Of a stretch of DNA of 64,000 bases, positions 1 through 8,788 are shown in pieces. Positions within the stretch are counted from its first letter, which is position 1; each line of letters begins with the position of its first letter. The translations under genes were made by a program, and so were the position numbers. Below the pieces are notes generated by a model. The model did no database searches. It saw only the letters and a list, made by a program, of their open reading frames with translations, and was not told the DNA's origin. The stretch comes from a virus, in the IMG/VR virus record IMGVR_UViG_3300005688_000028, positions 1 to 64,000 of that record. The stretch is one strand, 5' to 3'.

Positions 1-4
1 CGAC

Positions 5-781
5 GTGGCGGTCGACGGGGCGGTCCGCGGGGCGGTCGACGGGGCGGTCCGCGGGGCGGTCCGCGGGGACCAAAACACGATCCTACGGGCCGCAGGGTTC
101 CTCGTCCGCTGCGCACTCCGCTGGTACGGTCTATACCGAGGCGGGTCAGTCTGGCCGTCGTGGCCCGCGTTCATTTCCTGGTTCCGCGAGGCTGGCCTTG
201 AGATCGACTGGTCCAACTGGCTCTACGAAGAGATGGCGTGCGCTCACGGTGGGGCTCGGTTCTACCACCGTGAGTTTTGGATCGTGTGTGACCGACCCAC
301 GACCATCGGTCGCGATGATCAGAACCGGCCGCACTGCGATACTGGGCCCCAGATCGCCTGGAGCGACGGGTGGGCCGACTGGTACATCCACGGCGTGAGA
401 GTGCCACGTCAGGTGGTCGAGGCCCCCGAGACGCTTACCGCCCAGCAGATCAAAGAAGAGACGAACGCCGAGGTGCGCCGCGTCATGCTGGGGCGCTTCG
501 GTGAAGCTCGATATCTGACCGAGATCGGCGCCAAAAAGATCCATGAGGACGATTTTGGCGAGCTTTATCGGGCCGAACTCGAAGGCGACGAGCCGCTCGT
601 GATGGTGCGCGTGCTCAACAGCACGCCTGAGCCCGACGGGTCGATCAAGCCGTACTGGCTCCGCGTAGATCCGACCTGCACGACCGCCCAGGAGGCCATC
701 GCCTCTACCTGGCGATACTCTGACACGGGAGAGCGGGTGTTTCCTCGCGCCTCCGACTATCGCCCAACCATCGAAACCTGA
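5..781 (+). CDS. DUF6745-family phage protein (5' truncated by window edge)
   Basis: PHCDTGPQIAWSDGW..WYIHGV, NAEVRRVM and VLNSTPEPDGSIKPYWLRV motifs; N-terminal AVDG/AVRG repeats typical of the family. Confidence 0.75.
   Translation: MAVDGAVRGAVDGAVRGAVRGDQNTILRAAGFLVRCALRWYGLYRGGSVWPSWPAFISWFREAGLEIDWSNWLYEEMACAHGGARFYHREFWIVCDRPTTIGRDDQNRPHCDTGPQIAWSDGWADWYIHGVRVPRQVVEAPETLTAQQIKEETNAEVRRVMLGRFGEARYLTEIGAKKIHEDDFGELYRAELEGDEPLVMVRVLNSTPEPDGSIKPYWLRVDPTCTTAQEAIASTWRYSDTGERVFPRASDYRPTIET
8..67 (+). repeat. 12-bp tandem coding repeat GCGGTC(GAC/CGC)GGG (AVDG/AVRG)
   Basis: five consecutive units visible at the window start. Confidence 0.85.
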
Positions 782-796
782 CCCAAGGATAGCATC

Positions 797-1069
797 ATGG
801 ACACCGAGAACAACGACAACAACGAGACGGGCCCTGAGACCGCCGAAGAGCTCGCAAAGCGCACCCGCAAGAGCGTCCCGCTCCGGCTCTACACCGGCTC
901 GGACGCGGCCGGGTGGAAGCCCGTCGGCCCCGAGACCTTCGAGGACGAGCGGGAGGCGTGGCGGTGGGTCCTGAAGAACGGGAAGCCCGACGTGCCCTAT
1001 CAGCCCATGCGGGCCTATGGGGCGAAGAAGCTCCCGCCGCGCCAGCTCGTGGACGTCGAGGAGGGGTGA
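797..1069 (+). CDS. hypothetical protein
   Basis: AAGGA SD; coupled to the next gene by TGATG. Confidence 0.7.
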   Translation: MDTENNDNNETGPETAEELAKRTRKSVPLRLYTGSDAAGWKPVGPETFEDEREAWRWVLKNGKPDVPYQPMRAYGAKKLPPRQLVDVEEG

Positions 1070-1431
1070 TGAAGCCCCATATCCACGCCAAGCGCAGCGC
1101 GCGCAGGTGGGGCGGCGCTCCCGAGGACTACCAGCCCATCCACGACCTCATCGACTCGCCGAAGTCAGCATATTGCGACATCCGGCAGCGCGCGATTCTG
1201 CACAACTCGTTCGGCATTTACCTCGCCGAGCGGGTCTTTGGACCGACGATCACCAACTCCGACGGCAAGACCGTCAGCGTGCGCGACGTGGCCGAGCACC
1301 ACGTTTTCGAGGACATGGGCCACATCCCCACGGTGGAGAAGTGGCTGAGCAAGATCCCGGTGGAGCCTTGGATGTGGGGCGCTAACCGGGGCAAGGACTA
1401 CAAGGCCGAGATGGCCGAGGACAAGGACTGA
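1069..1431 (+). CDS. DUF6915-like phage protein
   Basis: PHIHAKRSARRWGGAPEDY.PIHD..D..K...D.R.RA.LH.SFGI...E.VFG. Confidence 0.75.
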   Translation: MKPHIHAKRSARRWGGAPEDYQPIHDLIDSPKSAYCDIRQRAILHNSFGIYLAERVFGPTITNSDGKTVSVRDVAEHHVFEDMGHIPTVEKWLSKIPVEPWMWGANRGKDYKAEMAEDKD

Positions 1432-1433
1432 AT

Positions 1434-1931
1434 ATGTCACTTTCGGAGCTGGCAGAGAAAGCGAAAGCACTTCAGGAGCACATCAAGGCCGAGGCGCGCG
1501 ATGCGTTCCAGGCCGAGTTCAAAACGTTCCTCGACGCGCACCCCAACGTGCTCGGCTTCGTCTGGGAACAATACACGCCCTACTTCAACGACGGCGACCC
1601 GTGCGAGTTCGGCGTCCGCGAGATTCGCGTCATCTTCAACACCCCGGAGGCCGTCAAATGCGTCGAAGATCGGGAGCTGGATGACTGCTCGTATGATGAC
1701 GAGTCAGGCGGATGCGTGTGGGGAGTGGCGCGTCTCAACCGCTTCTACGACCGCCACCTGTGCACGACCGTCGACAAGCCGCAAGGCCCGTTCCCAGCAG
1801 ACAATCCCGCCATCCAGTCATTCGCTGGTGGGCTGAAAGCCGTCAGTAATGACATCTTCAAGGCTCTCGGCGAGGGCCAGGTCATCGTGACGCGCGATGG
1901 CGTTCGCGTCGACGAATACGAGCACGGCTGA
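1434..1931 (+). CDS. conserved phage hypothetical protein
   Basis: WEQYTPYFNDGDPCEF motif; operonic spacing. Confidence 0.7.
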   Translation: MSLSELAEKAKALQEHIKAEARDAFQAEFKTFLDAHPNVLGFVWEQYTPYFNDGDPCEFGVREIRVIFNTPEAVKCVEDRELDDCSYDDESGGCVWGVARLNRFYDRHLCTTVDKPQGPFPADNPAIQSFAGGLKAVSNDIFKALGEGQVIVTRDGVRVDEYEHG

Positions 1932-2420
1932 TGCTCCGCTTCATCCTCTGGATTCTCGCAATGCTCGGGGTGCGCGTGGTGCGCCTCCGGGTGTCGCGCC
2001 TGGCCCCAGTCGAGTGTGCGGGCCTCGACCCTCCGACGGTGACCCTCAACGCCTCGACGCGGCCGGGGGGAAATCGGATTCCCGACAGGCCGGACCGTTG
2101 CGTCTGCGAAGTGAGAAGGGCGGTGCGCTGGGGTTCGGTTCCAGTCTGCATCGTCAACCAAGCATGCCCCCTCGGGGGCCGTTCTAGGCCGCCGCGCCTC
2201 TAAGCGGTGACGCGATGCCCAAGGGCCAGGGTCGCGTGTGCAAGTGCCCAAAATCGAACCCGAGAATGACCATGTAGTGGCACCAAGGGCATTGTCCCAA
2301 AGCTCAAAAAACAATGGGGGCGCTCGGCGCCCCGCGGCCCGCGAGAGTCGCCGCCTCCTCGTGGTGCGGGCTGGGCAAGGCAAGGTGCCTTGGCAGAGAG
2401 CGACAAGACCCGAGAGAGAC

Positions 2421-2702
2421 ATGAACAAAGCAGAGTTCATCACCAAGGTGCAGGAGATGTTCAACTCCGACCTCAACAAGCCGCGCCTGTCGAAAGATGC
2501 GGTGGCTCACTTCACCGAGTGCGTGTTCGAGGCCGTCGCGACCAGCGTTCGCGGTTCGGGCGGCTTCTCCTGGCGTGGCTTCGGCACCTTCAAGACCAAG
2601 GTCCGCGCCGCGAAGAAGGGCCGCAACCCCAAGACCGGCGAGGCCATCGAGATCCCCGCGAAGAGCACCGTGACCTTCAAGCCTCACCCCGACTTCGTCT
2701 GA
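2421..2702 (+). CDS. hup: HU family histone-like DNA-binding protein
   Basis: MNKAEFI ... GFGTF..KVRAAKKGRNPKTGEAIEIPAK..V.FKP. Confidence 0.92.
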   Translation: MNKAEFITKVQEMFNSDLNKPRLSKDAVAHFTECVFEAVATSVRGSGGFSWRGFGTFKTKVRAAKKGRNPKTGEAIEIPAKSTVTFKPHPDFV

Positions 2703-2713
2703 GAGAGCCGCCC

Positions 2714-3811
2714 GTGACCAGAAGCATCACCGCCCCGAAAGCCGCGTCCACGTTCCTCCTGTGGCCGGAAGAGGTCGTCATCATCGGCCTCGACACGTCC
2801 CACAGGTGCGGCGAGCACCCACTGTGGGATGAGCGCGCCTTTCGCGCCTTCAACGAGAAGTCCGTCCTCAACATGATGGTGAACCGCTCGCGTCTCGTGA
2901 GTGCCATCACGGTCGAGAAGGACGAGGCTCTGGGCTATGTGGCGGCCGATGGTCGCGGGCGCGTCATCGACGCCCGGGAGGCCAACAAGCGCCTTCGGGA
3001 GCGGGGCGAAGAGCCGTTCCGCCTCAAGGCCGAGATCGAGATGGCCGGCGACGACACGGCGAGCTTCGAGCGCATGGTCGTGAAGAACGCCTTTGTGACC
3101 CCGACCTCGGTCCTGGCCGACGCGCGCAAGGCCGTCGACATGCTCAAGGGTGGGGTGCCGATGCTGCGGGTGTGCCTCGACTTCGGCAAGAGCGAGGACA
3201 CCATTCGCCTGTGGCAGCAGATTGTGGGGCTTCCTCCCGAGCTTCGCAAGCGGGTGGAGCGCGGCGTCATCACGCCGTCACAGGCAGTCAGGCTCGCGAA
3301 GGCGAACAAGGCCCAGCTCGAGGCCGCGCTTCGGGTGGCAGATCAGAGGGAGGCCGTCATGGGAGAGAGCGGGAAACCGAAGCGTCAATCTGCCCGCGAG
3401 CTCGCGAAGGCCGCCGGGAAGGTTCTGCCGCCGACACGGCGCGAGGTGAAGGCGCTGCTCGACGTGGACGAGGTGATCGTCGGCAAGGCCGAGAGGCTGG
3501 GAAAGGCCGAGCTGGCAGATGCGTTCTTCGCGGGCCTCCGGTACGGCTACGCGGGCGGTGCGCTCCCGGCGTTCATCCCGACCGAGGGCGACCCGTTGGA
3601 GTCTGCCATTCTTGAGCACGGCCTGAATGGCAAGGGGTGCGCCGTTTACTCGGTGGAGGAGGGCGTCGAGAGCATCCATGGGAGGCTCAAGGCGGCCGGC
3701 GTGGACGTGTCTCCGGCCGAGCTGTCGAAGACGCTGAAGGCGATGCACCAGGCGGGCCGGGTGGGCCGGAGCGCGCTGGGGTATCGGCTGGTGAAGGAAG
3801 GTGCGAAGTGA
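2714..3811 (+). CDS. ParB-like protein (ParB N-domain, HTH, C-terminal wHTH)
   Basis: HPLWDER, YVAADGRGRV (DGxxR-like), HTH then L.GLP.ELR..VE.G.ITPSQA pattern. Confidence 0.65.
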   Translation: MTRSITAPKAASTFLLWPEEVVIIGLDTSHRCGEHPLWDERAFRAFNEKSVLNMMVNRSRLVSAITVEKDEALGYVAADGRGRVIDAREANKRLRERGEEPFRLKAEIEMAGDDTASFERMVVKNAFVTPTSVLADARKAVDMLKGGVPMLRVCLDFGKSEDTIRLWQQIVGLPPELRKRVERGVITPSQAVRLAKANKAQLEAALRVADQREAVMGESGKPKRQSARELAKAAGKVLPPTRREVKALLDVDEVIVGKAERLGKAELADAFFAGLRYGYAGGALPAFIPTEGDPLESAILEHGLNGKGCAVYSVEEGVESIHGRLKAAGVDVSPAELSKTLKAMHQAGRVGRSALGYRLVKEGAK

Positions 3812-3981
3812 CCGCCGAAATCCGCGACCGCCTCTTAGGGGCCTTCAAGCCCGCACCCGGCCCGCCGTGCAAGTGCAGCCGGTGCCGGGGAGTGACGCCC
3901 GGTGCATCGCGTGATGCGCGGGCGTTCGACCGAGAAGAACATGCTGCATGGTTCGCGCGGTGGAAAGTCGCGCAGAAGTGA
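3808..3981 (+). CDS. small Cys-rich hypothetical protein
   Basis: GTGA overlap, SD, CKCSRC motif. Confidence 0.45.
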   Translation: MTAEIRDRLLGAFKPAPGPPCKCSRCRGVTPGASRDARAFDREEHAAWFARWKVAQK

Positions 3982-3988
3982 GAGTGAC

Positions 3989-4354
3989 ATGATGAAAATC
4001 GACGAAAATCCAGACATGCTGGACATCCACACCTACATCAACCCCGAGGCATACCTCGTCTACCACTTCGCCCTTGAAGTCGGACCGCGGTTTACTCCCG
4101 AGCAGGTTGTTGCCGAGTCGCAGAAGCGGCAAGTGAAGCTCCACTCGCCGAAACGACTCCGCGATAGGTCGGTCTGCATCCACCTGAAGATGCTGGAGAT
4201 GGTGGGCATGCTGGTCCGTGATGGTGACGGCTACACCGTGTCGCCTGACTCGCTGCAACTGACGCTCAACGGCCTCTGGCACGGTTGCACTGACGAGGAG
4301 CTGGCCTCTGCGCCAAAGTGGCTGCTCGACATGCTTCCGAAGGAGGAAGGGTGA
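3989..4354 (+). CDS. hypothetical protein, possible winged helix
   Basis: HLKMLEMVGMLVRDGDGY resembles a wHTH wing. Confidence 0.55.
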   Translation: MMKIDENPDMLDIHTYINPEAYLVYHFALEVGPRFTPEQVVAESQKRQVKLHSPKRLRDRSVCIHLKMLEMVGMLVRDGDGYTVSPDSLQLTLNGLWHGCTDEELASAPKWLLDMLPKEEG

Positions 4355-4355
4355 C

Positions 4356-4670
4356 ATGATCGAGCAACTGAAGTGCATCGACGCCACCGGCCGAGAGCTT
4401 CGGGGCTACGTCGTCGACGATGGCGGGCGACATTGGGTGTGGGCCTACGACGAGGTTGATGCCGTGCGAGTCGTCGCTGAGGCTCACTGCGGGAGTGTCG
4501 AGGCTTACGAGAAGGACATCGGGCTGCTCTCGGACGCGAGCGTGGAGCCGCTGACGGGCGAAGCGGCCGAGAAGGCTCGGTTTGCGGACGAGGACGGGCT
4601 CGTGATGAGCATGAGCGTCCGTTTCGACGCGGAGCGGAACCGGGGCCTCATAGCCTCATCGGAGTTTTGA
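4356..4670 (+). CDS. hypothetical protein
   Basis: GGAGG SD; 1-nt gap from previous gene. Confidence 0.65.
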   Translation: MIEQLKCIDATGRELRGYVVDDGGRHWVWAYDEVDAVRVVAEAHCGSVEAYEKDIGLLSDASVEPLTGEAAEKARFADEDGLVMSMSVRFDAERNRGLIASSEF

Positions 4671-4671
4671 C

Positions 4672-5100
4672 ATGACCGAGCACAAGATAGACCTCGACCT
4701 GGTGGAGCTGCGGTGCAAGCTGCGGGGGTGGCAGTACTTGCGGCGGGAGGACGGCGCCATCTACGGCGGGTGGGGCATCGCCACGCCGGACGGCATTACC
4801 GCCGCGTCGCCCGCTTGGGAGTTCGTCTTTGAGGAGCTTGGCCGCCCCCGCCTGACCCTCGCGGAAATCGTGGCGAGCCCGCCGGAGGGGTGGCGGGTTG
4901 CCTCGCGTGGGCGAGATGTGACTGCATTCGTGTGGCGCACGAAGTACGATATGCCAGACGGCTCATTGAGCGATGGGGCCTGCGTCATCTGGCATAGTCG
5001 GGGTCACACAACTGAGGCCGTCGGTGCCCGCGAACCGAACAAGGCCGCCGCCCACCGCGCCGTGGCCGAGCTGCTCGTGCTGCTCGGGGAGGTGGAGTGA
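4672..5100 (+). CDS. hypothetical protein
   Basis: operonic spacing, GGAG SD. Confidence 0.6.
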   Translation: MTEHKIDLDLVELRCKLRGWQYLRREDGAIYGGWGIATPDGITAASPAWEFVFEELGRPRLTLAEIVASPPEGWRVASRGRDVTAFVWRTKYDMPDGSLSDGACVIWHSRGHTTEAVGAREPNKAAAHRAVAELLVLLGEVE

Positions 5101-5333
5101 TGGCGACACCAGCATGGCGGACGACATGGGAGTGCCTCGGGGTCAAGGTAGGCCGGCTCGAGCTCGAGCTCGACATCCACGATGACCAGCCTCCGAAGTG
5201 CACGCTCCGGGTCAAAGAGCCGTCGGACGAGCTGCTCAGTGACGTGACCGCGGAGGAGCTTGATGAGCTTGCAAGGGTCATCTCCGATGGTGCGGCGCTC
5301 CTTCGTGCCCGAGGGATTCAGGTGAAGCCATGA
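5097..5333 (+). CDS. hypothetical protein
   Basis: 4-nt overlaps on both sides. Confidence 0.6.
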   Translation: MMATPAWRTTWECLGVKVGRLELELDIHDDQPPKCTLRVKEPSDELLSDVTAEELDELARVISDGAALLRARGIQVKP

Positions 5334-5797
5334 CGACCACCGACACCTACCGCGCCCGCATCGTCGAGGCTCTGCGCCGCGAGGCCGACCGTATCGAGGC
5401 GGAGGGTCTGCCGGATTATTACGCCGTCAATCTCGACGGCAGTATCGAGAGCTACGCTAGTGGCGAATATGCCCGTAAAGACGCGGCCGAGAGCATTGCA
5501 ATCGCCGTGGAAGACGCGGAGGGCGGGCCCGTCGACCCCGACATCGAGGACGTCCAGTGGGGCGTGATGGTGCCCATCGAGGTCTCGGAGGTCATTGCCC
5601 ACGCGCGAGACCTGCGCGGCGAGACGAGCGACATCGTCGTGGAGTACGGCCTGGTCGCCGTCGATGCTGAGGTCGTGCGCGGCATCGCGTCTCAGGACTG
5701 CCCGGAGTGCGACTCGACGGTCAAAGTGCCGCCGGGCGGTGTGTGCCCGGTGTGTGCGGGCGACGAGGCCGGCGAGGCCGAAGGGGGCGAGTCGTGA
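5330..5797 (+). CDS. acidic protein with C-terminal zinc ribbon
   Basis: CPEC...CPVC; ATGA overlap. Confidence 0.6.
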   Translation: MTTTDTYRARIVEALRREADRIEAEGLPDYYAVNLDGSIESYASGEYARKDAAESIAIAVEDAEGGPVDPDIEDVQWGVMVPIEVSEVIAHARDLRGETSDIVVEYGLVAVDAEVVRGIASQDCPECDSTVKVPPGGVCPVCAGDEAGEAEGGES

Positions 5798-6258
5798 AGG
5801 CCCTGACCCTATGGCGCCCCTGGCCCTACGCCATCTTCCACCTTCCCGCCGACATCGCAAAGCCCGTCGAGAACCGGACGGGGCCCCCGCCTTCGTCGCT
5901 TGTTGGTGAGCGCATCGCCATTCACGCCGGCAAGACTTGGGATGACTCTGGCAAGTGGCTCATCCAAGACCTGATGTGTGTTCACCTCGACCTCGACGAA
6001 TGGCGCCTTCCCGACGAGCAGCCCGAAGGCATCATCGGCACGGTTAGGCTGCGCGGAGTGAAGCGCGGTGCTGACCATTGGACCGCCCAGCTTGTGGCGG
6101 GCGAGCTTCTTGCGAATGCGGGAAGTGGCGTCTGGTATCGCGGTCCCTACGGCTGGCTCCTCGACGACGTCCGCGCCCTGCCCGAGCCCATCCCCTGCAA
6201 GGGCCAGCGTGGCCTCTGGGACGTGCCGGAGGAGCTTGTGGGGAGGCTCGCAGCATGA
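5794..6258 (+). CDS. ASCH domain protein
   Basis: KALTLWRPWPYAI...KPVENR...IAIHAGK...GIIGTV...GPYGW.L...PIPCKGQRGLW. Confidence 0.85.
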   Translation: MKALTLWRPWPYAIFHLPADIAKPVENRTGPPPSSLVGERIAIHAGKTWDDSGKWLIQDLMCVHLDLDEWRLPDEQPEGIIGTVRLRGVKRGADHWTAQLVAGELLANAGSGVWYRGPYGWLLDDVRALPEPIPCKGQRGLWDVPEELVGRLAA

Positions 6259-6716
6259 AAGCCCGCCCCATCCTCTTCAAGCCCCACCTTCTCGACCTCG
6301 TCGCGGTCGGGCAGAAGACCCAGACACGCCGCGTAAGCCGCGACTGGCTCAAGCTCGCGCCCGGCGACGTGCTCTGGTGCAAGGAGAAGCTCATGCGCCA
6401 GGACGCCGAGGCGCACCATCCATGGGCGGAGTATGCCCGCGATGGCCGCTATGTCGAGCCGTCGCCTTTCCCGTGGAAGTGGCAGAAGTCCTGGCTCTCG
6501 CCGCTGCATATGCCCAAGGTCGCCGCTCGGGTGTTCCTTGAGGTGACCGAAGCGCCCTACTTGCAGACCATCTGGGGCATCAACGGCGCGGATGCGAGGG
6601 CCGAGGGCTTCGACTCTCGAGCGGCTTTCCTGGCTGCGTGGCGCAGCATTCACCCGGATGCGCGGGCGACGGATCTGGTGGTCGTGGTGAGCTTCAAGCT
6701 GCGGGGTGAGGGATGA
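6255..6716 (+). CDS. ASCH/PUA-like phage protein (KTQTRR type)
   Basis: PILF...GQKTQTRR...PGD.LW.KE...SPLHMP..A.R..LEV...DARAEGF. Confidence 0.85.
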   Translation: MKARPILFKPHLLDLVAVGQKTQTRRVSRDWLKLAPGDVLWCKEKLMRQDAEAHHPWAEYARDGRYVEPSPFPWKWQKSWLSPLHMPKVAARVFLEVTEAPYLQTIWGINGADARAEGFDSRAAFLAAWRSIHPDARATDLVVVVSFKLRGEG

Positions 6717-7075
6717 GCATCAAGGTCAAGACGCGGACCGTCTACTTCATCATGGTCGACCACCCGAGCGGACCGAGACGAGTCGGCAACGCCTACTCGA
6801 CACGCGACGAGCCCGGAGTATGCCGAATGCCGGAGGAGCGCATGAGCACCGCCGACCCCATATGCGGCGGGTGTGGCGCTCCACGCTCGGCCCACCACTT
6901 CACCATCATCCGTGCCGAGGAGTACCTCTTCTGCGACCCCCACACGAGCGACGAGTTTCGAGACCAGCCCGACCCGCACGACCTGCTCGCCATCATCGAA
7001 GAGGACCACCCCGGGGTTGTCGATGCCGCCGTGAAGCGCTGGCGCGTCGAGAACGGGCATGAGGAGGCGTCGTGA
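6713..7075 (+). CDS. hypothetical protein
   Basis: ATGA overlap; CGGC..H..FC motif. Confidence 0.5.
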   Translation: MSIKVKTRTVYFIMVDHPSGPRRVGNAYSTRDEPGVCRMPEERMSTADPICGGCGAPRSAHHFTIIRAEEYLFCDPHTSDEFRDQPDPHDLLAIIEEDHPGVVDAAVKRWRVENGHEEAS

Positions 7076-7461
7076 CACCCGCCTTCTGCGACTCCCAAGC
7101 CATCGCCGAGCGCCTTGCTTGCAGCGCGTCCTATCTGCGGCGCATGATGGCCGAGACCCCGGCCCATGTTGCGAGGCCGTGGGTCCAGATTGGGCGCGGC
7201 ACCGGCCGGCGCGCGCGGTACTCGTGGGAGATCGCCAAGGTGGACGCCTGGTGGCGGGAGGTGCATGAATGGCAACGCTTGAACGCCGCGGAGACGGCTG
7301 GCGCGTTCGGTGGCGCGACCCCGACGGGTCCCCTCGCTCTCGCCAGTGCCCCACCAAGCCCGTCGCACGGAAGGTCAAAGCCGAAGTCGAAGAGGCTGTC
7401 GCTCTCGGACGTCGCTGGGAGCCTTCTGCCCGGGTCGAGGTTCCGAAGCTCCATGACCTGA
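7072..7461 (+). CDS. excisionase-like HTH protein (3' part overlaps integrase)
   Basis: GAGGAGG SD; SQAIAERLACSASYLRR HTH and wing IGRG...RY.W; directly upstream of the integrase. Confidence 0.6.
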   Translation: MTPAFCDSQAIAERLACSASYLRRMMAETPAHVARPWVQIGRGTGRRARYSWEIAKVDAWWREVHEWQRLNAAETAGAFGGATPTGPLALASAPPSPSHGRSKPKSKRLSLSDVAGSLLPGSRFRSSMT

Positions 7462-8453
7462 TCGTCGCCTACCTCGACGACCTGTGCCGTGTGGCGCGCC
7501 AGAACACGGTCAACTCTCACCGGAGCCAGCTCGGGACCTTCCTGGCCTGGTGCCACTCCCGGGGCGTGACCGAGCCCCGTCACCTCAACCGGACGCTCCT
7601 CGAGCAGTTCGACGCTTGGCGGGCGACCGCCCCGAACCGGCGCGGGGTAGGGGCCGAAGTCTCGACGCGCCGCCTCGCACTCGGCGTGGTGCGCCGGTGG
7701 TGGGAATGGTGCGCCGACCACGACGACTACAAGGCCCACCTCGAGCGCCCGCCTCGGGTGAACATGCCGGCCCGGGTCATCGCAGAGGTCACCGCGCCCT
7801 ATTGGGACGAGGTCGACAAGGTCGTGGAGCTCGCGATGGAGCGCGCGACGAAGTCGCCCACCTACGAGGCCCTTTCCCGCATCGTGATGCTACTCCGTGG
7901 GACCGGCCTGCGGATCTCCCAGGTGCTCCGGCTGCGCTGGGACGACGTCAACGCTCAGCTCGGGACCCTGCGCATCCGCTCCGAGCTCGGGAAGACCCCG
8001 GCCGAGAGGTCGGGCCGAACGCTTCCGCTGCCCCCATGGCTCATGGCGTGGCTTCTCACGCTCGAGCGACCGAGCGACCTCGTCGTGTCGGTGCCGAGCG
8101 TCCGCCGCGCAGGCGTCAAGGTCGGCGAGCGGGTGCCCTTCGTGGTGACCACGGCCTCATGGCGGGTGCGCCAGCTCTGGGAGGCGATCGGGGCGCGCCC
8201 CGAGGTCTACGAGGGTCGGCCCGACCACGCCTTCAGGAAGGCGCTCAGGACCGAGCTCCTGCACGCGCGCTGCTCGGGCGACGCGATCGAGTATTGGTGC
8301 GGCCGATCGAGCGGGACGCCGGGCCGATACACCGACCCTCGAGCCCATGACCTCGTCGAGATCGCCCGGTCGATCCCCGAGCCCGCTTGTGTCCGTGGTG
8401 TGTCCACGAAGAAGGTGGCGACCCTGCCGCGACCGCTTTCCAAGCTGGCCTGA
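7269..8453 (+). CDS. int: tyrosine recombinase/integrase
   Basis: N-terminal arm-binding WRVRWRDPDG; TGLRISQ (R), KT (K), HAFR (HxxR), WCGR, GRY (Y). Confidence 0.9.
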   Translation: MATLERRGDGWRVRWRDPDGSPRSRQCPTKPVARKVKAEVEEAVALGRRWEPSARVEVPKLHDLIVAYLDDLCRVARQNTVNSHRSQLGTFLAWCHSRGVTEPRHLNRTLLEQFDAWRATAPNRRGVGAEVSTRRLALGVVRRWWEWCADHDDYKAHLERPPRVNMPARVIAEVTAPYWDEVDKVVELAMERATKSPTYEALSRIVMLLRGTGLRISQVLRLRWDDVNAQLGTLRIRSELGKTPAERSGRTLPLPPWLMAWLLTLERPSDLVVSVPSVRRAGVKVGERVPFVVTTASWRVRQLWEAIGARPEVYEGRPDHAFRKALRTELLHARCSGDAIEYWCGRSSGTPGRYTDPRAHDLVEIARSIPEPACVRGVSTKKVATLPRPLSKLA

Positions 8454-8593
8454 CGGGGCTCGCTGATGCTTTCACGCAAGTTTGAAAGGCGCGGCCGCGC
8501 TTGTCGTGACGGCCTAGAAAGCGGGGTTGGTCGATGCCGGTCGATGCCGGTTGTGTCCAGAAGGCGCCGGTTTGTGTCCGTGGCGTGTCCACG
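8387..8593. other. putative attP with integrase arm-type repeats
   Basis: TTGTGTCCGTGG(T/C)GTGTCCACG at 8387-8408 and 8572-8593 (21/22 identical); tandem GGTCGATGCC x2 and TTGTGTCC at 8529-8558. Confidence 0.6.
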
Positions 8594-8788
8594 CTACCGC
8601 CGACGCCACCCCGACCCGACCGGCTCGACGAGCCCGGCCTCGACGAGCTCCAGAAGCCCCGTCTCGACCTCGCCCCGATCGACCTTGACGCCGGCCTTGG
8701 CGAGCCGCTCGACAACGTCGTTGACGCCCCGGGCGTGGCCGTAGGCGAGTGAGTTGAGGACGCGGTGGCGCGCGCTCTCAGTCGTCAT
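8594..8788 (-). CDS. small winged-helix protein
   Basis: MTTESARHRVLNSL...EVETGLLELVEAGLVE...GW; ATGA overlap. Confidence 0.55.
   Translation of the reverse strand: MTTESARHRVLNSLAYGHARGVNDVVERLAKAGVKVDRGEVETGLLELVEAGLVEPVGSGWRRR

Noticed and set aside
2299-2308. CAAAGCTCAA as another late box
   Set aside because: 8/10 match, no -10 at the expected spacing, and no start codon 30-33 nt downstream.
1931-2420. ORF 1931-2203 and hairpins upstream of HU as a gene or ncRNA
   Set aside because: Only TGATG coupling supports the ORF; no motif, and the hairpins are short and unexceptional for this GC content.
8440-8470. CTGACGGGGCTCG as a tRNA/tmRNA-derived att core
   Set aside because: Lacks the following AACC and a properly spaced TGG; too short to assign.
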